From NCBI GenBank assembly GCA_950097015.1, contig CATNEN010000033.1:3720001-3784000 (forward strand): 64,000 nucleotides of DNA, given 5' to 3'. Source of the DNA: Macrostomum hystrix. Lineage: Eukaryota; Animalia; Platyhelminthes. Position numbers and translations under genes: made by a program. Below, in pieces: positions 36,501 through 46,286 of this stretch (position 1 is the first letter of the stretch; each line of letters starts with the position of its first letter). The notes under the pieces were generated by a model. It had not been told where the DNA came from. It worked only from the letters and a program-made list of their open reading frames with translations, and did no database searches.

Positions 36501-38475
36501 TGCCGCACCAGCTGCTTCAGCGTGAACCGCTTCTCACGTCGCTCCTCCGGCCGGGGACCTTCGTCGTCCGAGGGCACAGAGATCTGACGGAAATGGGTCA
36601 GAGAGAGAATGAGGATCTGGAATTTTGGATCTGGGATCTTGGATCTGGGATCTTGGATCTGGGATCTTGGATCTGGGATCTTGGATCTGGGATCTTGGAT
36701 CTGGGATCTTGGATCTGGAATTTTGGATCTGGGATCTTGGATCTGGAATTTTGGATCTGGGATCTTGGATCTGGGATCTTGGATCTGGGATCTTGGATCT
36801 GGGATCTGGGATCTGGGATCTGGGATCTCGGATCTGACCAACCTGCTGCCTGACTGGATCCTTGCCGGCGTCACTGTCAGTGTCGCTACCGCTGCTCGAG
36901 CTGCTGTCGCTCGTGGCGCGTCTGGCTGATGCCGCCGCGCTGACACCGCCGCGCCCACCCCGCCCGCCACGGCCGCCTCTACCTCGGCTGGCTGATATGG
37001 CCGATAGCGCTGCCGATGTCGCTGCCGCAGCCGCGTGAGCCCCGCGACCACCGCGTCCGCCACCGCGACTGCTGACTACGCCGCGTGCGCCGCGTCCACC
37101 GCGACCTCCGCGGCCCCGACCGCCGCGCCCGCCTGCCGTCGTTGAAGCCCCGGCAGCTGCTGAGTCGCCTTCGGCTGCGGCAGATTTGGCCGCCACCTTC
37201 TTGACCTTCTTCTTCACGGCCTTCTCCTTATTGTACTTGCCAAGCTGATAGGCGTCAAAGTCTGGAAATTTCGCGGCCATGGCTTTGCGCAGGGCGGCCG
37301 GCAGGGCGCCCCACCGCAATGTCCGATCTTGGAAGGCCTGGTAGATCTCGGCCACTTCGATCCAGTCGGACGGCAGGGCCACCGCAGCCGAGAAGTACTT
37401 GCGGATGAATGGCCTGGTGAGGCCGGAAACGGCTGAATAGGACAGCAGAAAGTTGGCGGTGGTGCGGATGTTCAGCTCCTTGCGGGTGAACAGTGCCACC
37501 TTCAGGATGAACTCCGGGTCGCCGGCGCTGCCGCCGCCGCCATCCCTGGCGATGGAGTCAGCCAGTTGCATCAGCTCGCAGCGCAGGACATCTTTGGCGT
37601 CTTTGAAGTCTGGCGCCCGGATAAGGGAGGCGCTGACCATGTTGAGCAGCAGGCGCTGAGATCAAGGGGACAGAAGAGGTCGCAATTAAGAACACTGAAA
37701 CACCCACAGCAAAATTTCCAGCGCTACTCGAATAGCTTACCTTGCGATTAGCCAGCCCAGAGAAGTAGGAGGTGGGCTCAACGGTGTCCAGCAGGGCTCG
37801 GCCAGTGAAGGCGCGCAGGCGTTCGCTGTGAATCTCGGCAAATTTCAATCCCCGGTAGCTGGGAGCGGACTTCTCCGCGTCCAGGCGGCTGGCCACGTGG
37901 CCAACCAGACTGAAACTGGCGACCTCCGTTGCGGCCGAGGCTGGGGTGGCGGCCGAGGTTGAGGTGGCGGCCCTCGGAGCCGGCTCCGGCTGCAGCTCGC
38001 GAACTGGCCTGGCTAAGAAAGCGCTGGCAGCCGCTGGATTGGTGGTGCGCGTGGCGGAGTTGAACCGCTCCTTGTCCAGCTTGGTGGACACGCCGCCAGT
38101 TGTTGAAAGTCCGCCTAGGCGGGTGGCGGTGGTGCTGCTGCTGAAGCCGCTGCCGACTGTGGTCTGAGTGCTGCTCAGCAGAGCCCTGCCAGTTGCAGGA
38201 GCAGCTGTCGATGTCCCCAGACTGAGCTTCAGATTCAACAATGTGGACGCGGCAGTGGAAGCAAATGCGGAGCCGCCGCTGGTCAGCACTGACGGTCGGG
38301 CTGTTGACAGGGTGGTCGATGCCAGTAGGCTAGTACCAAAGCCCAGGGTTGGAGCTGGAGCAGCTGTGGTTGCAGACTTAACTCCGAAACTAGTACTGAG
38401 CTTTGGTGGCGCGGTGAGCTTGGAGTTTAGCACTGACGATGTCAGCGACAGCTTAGTTCTGTCAGACATTGTCAT
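18587..38475 (-). CDS. TEP1: Telomerase protein component 1 / vault protein (TROVE + vWA-like + DUF4062-like + NACHT + WD40), 24 exons, about 2895 aa
   Basis: Exons 38475-37741, 37655-36843, 36583-36182, 34873-34783, 34390-34023, 32792-32398, 32206-31852, 31294-31104, 30996-30814, 30355-29992, 29734-29574, 29481-29340, 27092-26913, 26321-25701, 25226-25112, 25032-24927, 24402-23830, 23561-23272, 22966-22368, 21681-20962, 20881-20513, 19981-19352, 18951-18802, 18721-18587. All junctions are GT..AG with consistent phases; 8688 nt. Motifs: [104 protein letters not shown], Walker A GQPGCGKT, Walker B FTIFIDG, many WD40 repeats. Confidence 0.95.
21715..22333. repeat. 26-bp minisatellite in TEP1 intron 19
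   Basis: Tandem GAGGATGACATCCCGAGAGGATCT(T/G)G. Confidence 0.95.
24440..24665. repeat. G-rich minisatellite in TEP1 intron 16
   Basis: Recurring GATAGAGATGGGTGGG..GGATTGGGGTG. Confidence 0.85.
24680..24815 (+). mobile_element. Internally deleted SINE family 1 copy
   Basis: B-box GGGAGTTCGAATC followed by CCAGTCCACGGACTGAAGAGCTGTAC, which matches CCAGTCCATGGACTGAACAGCTGTAC in the 30450-30740 copy. Confidence 0.5.
25340..25660. repeat. 20-bp minisatellite in TEP1 intron 14
   Basis: Tandem CCCCACCTCACTCCCCAAAG. Confidence 0.92.
26490..26770 (-). mobile_element. tRNA-derived SINE family 2 in TEP1 intron 13
   Basis: Minus-strand B-box GGGCTCGATTCCGCGGTGAGGC. Body TCATTTAGGGCGTAGCCACGGAGAGAAGGCTTG.. 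is colinear with 31350-31700. Confidence 0.75.
26812..26870 (-). mobile_element. Additional tRNA-like SINE head fragment
   Basis: Minus strand GTTGCCTAGTTGTTACAGC...GAGAGTTCGAATCT, with A- and B-box-like motifs and no intact tRNA fold evident. Confidence 0.35.
27155..29258. repeat. Compound minisatellite (33-bp then 31-bp units) filling TEP1 intron 12
   Basis: TTGATTGGTCATTACACCATTTCAATTAGTCTG to about 27345, then about 60 copies of CTCTTTATTGGTCATTACCC(C/T)AG(T/A)CCACAGT. Confidence 0.97.
30450..30740 (-). mobile_element. tRNA-derived SINE family 1 in TEP1 intron 9
   Basis: Minus strand: head with GGGGTTCGATTC, CAGTTCACTCAGCTGTTAAATGGG core, GGCTGCACATCTGGCCCGATTGGGG..GTGTAATCA, and an ATT-rich tail. 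Confidence 0.7.
31028..31090. repeat. (GACA)n microsatellite in TEP1 intron 8
   Basis: GACA runs. Confidence 0.9.
31350..31700 (+). mobile_element. tRNA-derived SINE family 2, apparently full length, in TEP1 intron 7
   Basis: Head GTGGCAGAGCTG...AAGCTCGATTCCGCGATGAGGC, body shared with 26490-26770 and 16515-16625, short (ATT)n tail at about 31691-31700. Confidence 0.75.
32265..32365. repeat. 21-bp minisatellite in TEP1 intron 6
   Basis: Tandem TTGAGT(C/G)AACAGCCTGACCCA. Confidence 0.9.
32900..34003. repeat. Near-perfect 14-bp minisatellite in TEP1 intron 5
   Basis: (GGATCTAGGATCTG)n with one non-repeat interruption near 33547-33554. Confidence 0.97.
34420..34715. repeat. 21-bp minisatellite in TEP1 intron 4
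   Basis: Tandem CACTATGACCAGTT(CGTG/TTT)AAT. Confidence 0.93.
34930..36165. repeat. 23-25-bp compound minisatellite in TEP1 intron 3
   Basis: CTGATCCCATTCCTAA(CCGA/AAGA)C units grading into CTGATCCCATC(C/A)CTAACCATTCAAC. Confidence 0.95.
36615..36838. repeat. 14-bp minisatellite in TEP1 intron 2
   Basis: (GGATCTTGGATCTG)n. Confidence 0.95.
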
Positions 38476-39687
38476 GTTTAGCTACTGAAAGCCTGTTAAT
38501 AAGTTAATAAGTTAATAAGTAATCAAAGGGGTGAATAATGAATGTACAAAATAATATTGGATTGTCTGATTTACAGAAATGTTTCGAAGTAACGAAATAA
38601 TAACCGATTAGTTTGATGAAAACTATAAGAACTAAATATTATTGTAAAATGTTGTATCACACTTGTATATTATTGCCCAATTAAAATATGAACATCGTTT
38701 CCACTAGAACGCAGTTTTATGTAAAACCATAATAAAAACAATAAAGAAACGTAACGTATACATAAATCGAGTGATTTAAAAAAACAGAAGATAATTTCCT
38801 AAATATTTATTCATAAAAGATACGCAGATTGAGATATTCGAATCGAATCTAGTGGGTTCAAATCAAACTCAAGGCGTCAAAGGTATAAATTATAAACCAT
38901 TTTCACACTATAAGCTAGATTACTCATTAAACTGATTTTACTTACTTTATGTTTTGAAGATGCCTAAATAAAGTTGCTTATGTGGTTCCTCAATATATGT
39001 TGAGGAAACGAACTAGTAAAAAAGTAGCTTTTAAATGGTGAACCTAGAACACCCCTATAAATATTTTTCATGAAGCTCTTATTTCGATTTCGCAATAAAA
39101 AAATACAATTTCATCAGTCTTTTTAAATATTGCAATATTGCGCAACAATCATTATTCTCGTGTTCTCTGTGATTACTTTTCAAATGAAAAAATAATGCAT
39201 GAAATTAATTAGTCAAGATCTGCGCCTATTTATGGTATAAGTTTTGCTTTGTAATAAACGTATTGTTATATGCCATACGACTGCACATCGAAAAACACGG
39301 CGGCATGGGGCATTTGCGCTTCGCTCGTTGATTTGTATACTTGGGAAAACCACTTACCTGTGATATAATAACAGGCTTAGGTATATGTATGTGTATAACC
39401 AGTAGTCAGGACCTTACTTATTCAAAATGCAATCCTCATGATACTATAGGCCTATTCAAAATATCTGTAGTCTAGCTTCGTAGCTTGACCTTACTCTCCT
39501 GACTATCGACCCTGACTGCCTAACTTTAAAAGTTGTTAGGGCCTAGCCTAATTGGCAGTTGGCACTAGCTGACAAGACGACAAGTGAGTCTAGGCAGTCA
39601 TTGCGATTGGATGGACCTAACAAACTACCTAAGTCCTAAGGCCTGTATTTGTAGGCCTTGGCATTAACCCATTTCATGATTTTATAC

Positions 39688-39953
39688 GGTCCCAGGTCAT
39701 TTCGGTGACAAGACATTTCGGTGACAGTCATTTCGGTGACAGAATTGGTCAGTTCGGTGACAACTATTTTTGCACCTAAATATGCTAAGAAAACAGCCTT
39801 CCACGATCCAGCAGCTGCTTAAAGCCTGCACTCGCCTTGTCAATCCAAAACTTGAAAAATGTTTATTATACACATTTAATTAGGAACGAATAACTATTGA
39901 AACTATTGACTAGGGCCTACTCATTAAATAATTTAATAATTTAACTCATTTAA
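39688..39953 (+). repeat. 266-bp inverted duplicate of the right end of the adjacent TIR element
   Basis: By-eye exact reverse complement of 40405-40670. Confidence 0.9.
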
Positions 39954-40197
39954 GAAAACATAGAAAGAAGAAAACCTTAAGAAAACCTTTTATACTCATG
40001 AACACATTCAATGATAGTAACCTCTACTAACTGTACCAATTCTGGCTGCAAGTGGCTGTGTTCTGTGTATATAACATTTAAACAGACCCAGGCCTAGCTA
40101 GCCTACTTTATCATGTTTTTAGACTGTGCTAGAGATTATATGCTATGGCCAGTCAGCCACATATGAAGCTTGTAGCCTAGAAATGTGTACATTTCAT

Positions 40198-40670
40198 GGT
40201 CCCAGGTCATTTCGGTGACAAGACATTTCGGTGACAGTCATTTCGGTGACACAATTGGTCAGATTGGTGACAACTATTTTTGCACCTAAATATGCTAAAA
40301 AACTGCCTTCCATTTTAACTATGCACACATATAAAATATTAATTAAATAATGCTAAAAGTATTAATAAGAAGCTGCATCGCTATGTTAAAGTCTGGGTTT
40401 TACTTTAAATGAGTTAAATTATTAAATTATTTAATGAGTAGGCCCTAGTCAATAGTTTCAATAGTTATTCGTTCCTAATTAAATGTGTATAATAAACATT
40501 TTTCAAGTTTTGGATTGACAAGGCGAGTGCAGGCTTTAAGCAGCTGCTGGATCGTGGAAGGCTGTTTTCTTAGCATATTTAGGTGCAAAAATAGTTGTCA
40601 CCGAACTGACCAATTCTGTCACCGAAATGACTGTCACCGAAATGTCTTGTCACCGAAATGACCTGGGACC
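40198..40670. mobile_element. Non-autonomous DNA transposon (MITE-like), 473 bp, about 115-bp TIRs, 8-bp TSD
   Basis: Begins GGTCCCAGGTCATTTCGGTGAC and ends GTCACCGAAATGACCTGGGACC; subterminal TTCGGTGACA repeats; CATTTCAT at 40190-40197 and 40671-40678; no transposase ORF. Confidence 0.8.
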
Positions 40671-41696
40671 CATTTCATAACCAAGTTAAAACTTATTGTT
40701 TTTTTTCTTTGTTATTTTCCAAACTTTCTTCTTTGTTGCAGATAAATAAAAGTTGTAATTTTGTAATTTGTATTATTTATATTATTATTAACATGTGTGT
40801 AACCTTGATTTTTAGAAGACTATAGGCCTCTAAATTTTGTTTTCTTTTGTTATGGCTATGTACCCTGTCTTTAATGCTGTGAACAGTTCAAATTTCATTT
40901 ACTCTTAAGAAATTTCAAGGAAAAAATTGAGAAATCCCTACAGATGATGTATCCCACCTTGGATATGCCACTGATTAGTTAGTTATAATAAAAGTAATTT
41001 TTTTTAATTCTAGGCTTAGGCCTATCTACCAAACTTTATAATATTACTTAGTATATACACTATTTGCTAGTCTATAGCCTATAACTAAGTGATTTTAAAG
41101 GTTTATTATTATGACGGGTACTTTTTAGCCTAGCTTCATAAACTCATAAGTTCTATTCTATATGATATAACCTGGTTATCATTATTGTCATAGAAACCTA
41201 TTTTATCAAAGGTTCCTGAGCTCAATTCCATGGCAAGGCCATATTAATTTTGGGAACAGATTGGGAGAGAAGGCTTTGGAGTTTCTCTAACAACTTATTT
41301 TTATTAAGTTTTAATAAGTTTTCACCTGCAATTAATATGTATTATACTAACTTTCCATCCTATCAGTAAAACCATATTTATTCATACTTCTGTCGTGTGA
41401 TTAAATAAATTGCTAAGCATGTGTTTGTGTATGGCAGCTATTTTATTGTTTTTAAGCATTGTTTTTAGGCCTTTTGTCTTAGTTGTTAAATAAATTTTGC
41501 TTATATGCTTGTAGTTTGTAAAAATCAGAATTTTTTAAAATGGTAATGGTAAAATATATACAGGTCTCTTTTTCCTGATCTAAAGCAATTTAACAATAAT
41601 ATAATTTGTCTCAAAGCAATAAAGGTTTTATCTTTAATCTTTGTTAGGCTGAATAATTGCTAGTCTTATATAACTTTCCAGTTTAAAATTCAAACA

Positions 41697-43209
41697 ATGA
41701 AGACTAAAGAACCAATGCTTGTTAGTTCTTCATCATCAACCATTTTGAAAGGTGTTCATACAAAGAATCTTATTGGTAAGGACCTTGGGACTAATTAAAA
41801 TTTTGATATACCAAATTATAGTTTTCTTTGTCATTTAACTAATATTGACCTCATCCTCAAATCTCTATTGTCCAGCTCATTGGCATGAACTGCTGCACAT
41901 CCGAGTGAAACTGCAGTCAGTATTGGACATTGTCAATGTTCTGCCAGTTGGCCACCTGGATGCCATCGAGTCTCCCGAGCTAAAAGAATTCGCGAACAAA
42001 GGTAAGTAGTTTGCAGGCCACTAGCGCAAAATTCATTCGCTACTTACTCTACTTGTACGCTCGTAGTAGTGAATGATGAATGTAACCGATTTCGGTCATT
42101 AAAAACTACCAGCCCTATTGGATGCCCGCGCTCTGGCTACTGACTATGCCAGCCGAATTCTAGACTGCCAGGAGGACCAGGCTGCATCCAAATCATCGAC
42201 TGCCTGGCCAGCCAGCCTGGAGGCTCGCCTGGAGGACCGGCACAGGGCTTTGCTGGCCTGGCACGAGCCAGTTCTGGCCGACTGGCACGAGCGGGCCTCC
42301 CTTGCTGGCGTCGGCGGCGGCGGTGGCATCAACCGGCTGGCTCAGCATCCAGTGCAACGACTGCAGGTCTGTCTGTCAGTAGATGTTTGGAGGATTGGGA
42401 TCTATAGCGACGATTAGGATCTAAGGGAATAAGGTTTTTTCCTCAAATTGAGCACCATTTTGCTCAGGCGCTTGACGAGTGGCTACCTGAAACACACTGT
42501 GGTATTTCCTCGTATGCTGCATGAGATTACGGGAAGATTACGATTGGGATCTATGGGGAAGATAAGGATTGGGATCTATGGGGAAGATAAGGATTGGGAT
42601 CTAATGGGAAGATAAAAATTGGGATCAAAGGGGAACATTAAGATTAGGTAGTTGGATAAAGATTGGGATCTGTGGGAGCTCAATGTGCTTTAACGCACCC
42701 ATCGCCACCCCGGACTGGCTCAGGCCCTGCTAGCTGACCGGCCCCGCCTGCTGTCTCGCTCCCGCCTCAACCGCTGCCACCTGAGGCCACTGCAGCTCCC
42801 CAGCAGCCGCGTCCAGACAGAACAATCCGAGGCGGCGATGGACACCGACGAGGCGGATGACCGCCAGGCTGGCCAATCGACCGAGCCGCAGGAATCGCTG
42901 CCGCATATATACGACGACAGCGACTTGTACAAGCTGACCCTGCTGGACTTTGTCCACAGCCGCACAGCCGGCATCTCAGACCCGGCCGCCCTGGGCCAGG
43001 AGTTCGCCCGCCTGCAGCAGCTGCGCCGGCGGCTGCGCAAGCGGGCCACCGTGGACACCAGGGCCAGCAAGGCGCGCCGGCTGCGCTACCTGGAGATGCC
43101 AAAACTGGTGGGCTTCGCTGCGGCTGCGGAGCCGGCCGGCCAGCTCAGCGAGGCCCAGCGCCGCGAGCTGTACGCCTCGCTGTTCGGCGGCCGGCCCGCC
43201 GTCAGCTGA
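41697..43209 (+). CDS. AATF: AATF/Che-1/Bfr2 family protein (small-subunit processome), 4 exons, about 314 aa; 5' end may be incomplete
   Basis: Exons 41697-41775, 41876-42001, 42113-42366, 42724-43209 with consistent phases. KGVHTKNLIAHWHELLHIRVKLQSVLDIVNVLP matches the AATF-Che1 domain. ALLADRPRLLSRSR, IYDDSDLYKLTLLDFV and VDTRASKARRLRYLEMPKLVGF...ELYASLFG match the TRAUB C-terminal domain. Confidence 0.88.
42535..42675. repeat. Degenerate minisatellite of about 26 bp in AATF intron 3
   Basis: Recurring GATAAGGATTGGGATCTATGGGGAA. Confidence 0.75.
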
Positions 43210-43699
43210 TGCCTCCCGCCGCCTTTTCTGTGTAATTTCGCGCATTTTTATGCCTCTATAGTCAGTTTGTTGGGAATACACGGCATTCAAGAGCGCATGC
43301 ACTTTCTCCATCGCGCATCTCGTGTCTGTATAAAATTTCGGAGCTCTCGTTGGCTTCTTTTGAGTTGTTCTTTTTTTATTCGCATGACTCGCTTTGGCTC
43401 GGCGGTCTCAGATTTGCAAGCACATCAAAAAGGCTTGCCGCCGTCACCTAATGCTCGCCTGCATTAGCTTGCGGAACTTGGCTTTGTCTCTGTCTAGCAA
43501 CACACACGCGCTGGCTGACAGGCTTCTCTGGTTTCTGACAGCTCAGCCAGAAGAGAATTAATGCAAAAGGCAGGTGGGAAACATGTTTTGTAGGGCCGGC
43601 TGTTTTGCAGGACGTTGTGGGAAAGGGAGGTAGATTAAGCGAAGGGAAATGTGTTGAGTCGGAGAGAGTATGGGAGCTAGTGAGATAGAGAGATAATGG

Positions 43700-44210
43700 A
43701 GTCACAGGGAGTTGATCGAGTCATTTTAAGAGATAATTGAGTCATTGGGGAAGATGGTCGAGTCATTTGGGGAGATGATCGAGTCATTCGGGGTGATGAT
43801 CGAGTCATTCGGGGTGATGATCGAGTCATTCGGGGTGATGATCGAGTCATTCGGGGTGATGATCGAGTCATTCGGGGTGATGATCGAGTCATTTTAAGAG
43901 ATAATCGAGTCATTGGGGAAGATGGTCGAGTCATTTGGGGTGATGGTCGAGTCATTTTAAGAGATAATCGAGTCATTTGGGGTGATAATCGAGTCATTCG
44001 GGGTGATGATCGAGTCATTCGGGGTGATGATCGAGTCATTCGGGGTGATGATCGAGTCATTCGGGGTGATGATCGAGTCATTCGGGGTGATGATCGAGTC
44101 ATTGGGAGAAATGATCGAGTCATTGGGGAAGATGATCGAGTCATTGGGGAAGATGATCGAGTCATGAGGGGTGATGATCGAGTCATGAGGGAGATGACCG
44201 AGTCAAAAGG
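43700..44210. repeat. 21-bp minisatellite
   Basis: Tandem GATGATCGAGTCATTCGGGGT. Confidence 0.93.
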
Positions 44211-44974
44211 AGCGATCATAGATAGATAATACAGTTGCTAAGAGATTAAAAACTTGTGGGGAGCGACGAGTCATAAGGAGAGTTGATAGTCATGGTCTTG
44301 AGACAGATGATAGACTCATAGGAAGCGATGAAGGACAGGTGTAATTTCCGCAGCCCTGTAATTTGTTCCTTGTTGAACCCATTTGTCCCATTCTCCCTTT
44401 CTGTTCAGCAGGGCAGTTATATCCCAGCTATATTTAGTAGGCATTGATTATGCAGGTCCAGTGTGCAGTTTTATCCCCGGATCAGAACTTGAAACAATGC
44501 GCGCCTCGCATGGGAACAGAACTAAGAATTAAGTTTCGCCTGAGTTGGCAGCCTCCCTAACTGGGTGCTAATCAAATGCAGCAGCAGCAGCTTCATAAAA
44601 TATGCAGTACGCTCGCAACTATGAGAAACTTTATAGTTTCGACAGCACGCAGTACGCATTCCTCTCCGCCCTTAAGTTTTATGCATAGGGATTATTTTTT
44701 CTTTTAGAAAGAACCTCTGTCCTCACTCCTATCCGCCTTCATCCCAATTTCATTTTGTTTCATACGATGAGTCCATACTCAAAGTTAGCGAAATGGAATC
44801 TGACGTGCCTGATGGGCGTAACAAAGATTCCTTGAATTTCGTAACTTAAAAATTGATTTGCTTAGTTCTGAAGCTATTGTGAATAATAATAAAACTCCGA
44901 AAAATTTTAGAATTGGCCTTTTAAAGTTCACAAATTTACTTGTATTAGAATTGGCATTTCCGTTTCCGAAGCTC

Positions 44975-45480
44975 ATCAGGATTGGCCTTTCCAGTTCCGA
45001 AGCTCATCAGGATTGGCCTTTCCAGTTCCGAAACTGATCAGGATTGGCCTTTCCAGTTCCGAAACTGATCAGGATTGGCCTTTCCAGTTCCGAAGCTGAT
45101 CAGGATTGGCCTTTCCAGTTCCGAAACTGATCAGGATTGGCCTTTCCAGTTCCGAAACTGATCAGGATTGGCTTTTCCAGTTCCGAAACTGATCAGGATT
45201 GGCCTTTCCAGTTCCGAAACTGATCAGGATTGGCCTTTCCAGTTCCGAAACTGATCAGGATTGGCCTTTCCAGTTCCGAAACTGATCAGGATTGGCCTTT
45301 CCAGTTCCGAAACTGATCAGGATTGGCTTTTCCAGTTCCGAAACTGATCAGGATTGGCCTTTCCAGTTCCGAAACTGATCAGGATTGGCCTTTCCAGTTC
45401 CGAAGCTGATCAGGATTGACCTTTCCAGTTCCGAAACTGATCAGGATTGGCCTTTCTAGTAACGAAACTGATCAGGATTG
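44975..45480. repeat. 31-bp minisatellite
   Basis: Tandem CTGATCAGGATTGGCCTTTCCAGTTCCGAAA. Confidence 0.95.
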
Positions 45481-46286
45481 TCTTTTTTGCTATGAAATTA
45501 ATTAAATATTGACCTCTTACTAGGTTCTGAAATTCAGCCGAATTTCTAGTTCCGAAACTTTTAAAAGGCTGCAATGCGTTATTTGATTCTGCAAATTTGG
45601 TAGAGCTAGCTATAAACGGTATGAAGTTTATTATTTATGAAATTCGATTTCGGATTAATTTAAAGTTTATCCGATTTAAAAACATTTTAAGATAAAATAT
45701 TTTTTTTAAACTTATTTAAATAAATTTAAACAAATCCGAGAGTTTTCGTGTCTAGAAGCTAAAAATATTTTAACTTTGATATCATTGGAGTCAAACATGA
45801 AATAAATTAAAAAAAGAAGTCAGTTTTTAGGGTTGACAAGGTGTATTGAATTCCAGCAGGAATGCACAATAAAACACTTTCAATCAACTTTTTGCGAGTC
45901 TGTAAATTGATTGATTTAAAAAATCATTTTTTTCCCGCAATTTTTATACTGAATTATATGCGATAGATCAGACAATGGCAGCTTCATCCATTTGCATCTC
46001 ATTTCTTTCCATTGTGTTTGAGCTGGTGTTCAATTGTGTTCGAGAGATGAAGATGAAATCGCAGGGAAATTTATTCCTTAATTCGGGGAGAGTACAAATG
46101 TCCAATGAAGGTTGCAGCCAAGCATGATTGCCTAAATCACCATTGCTTCATTTTCAGCTGCGATAAATGTACAGGTAATACAAACCCGACTGGTTTAGGT
46201 GTAATTTCTGTTGCTGACTGTCTGCTCCTAAAAGCATGAGTACAAATGAATACATAGATTGTCTTAGGATATGAGAAAGTGTCTTG

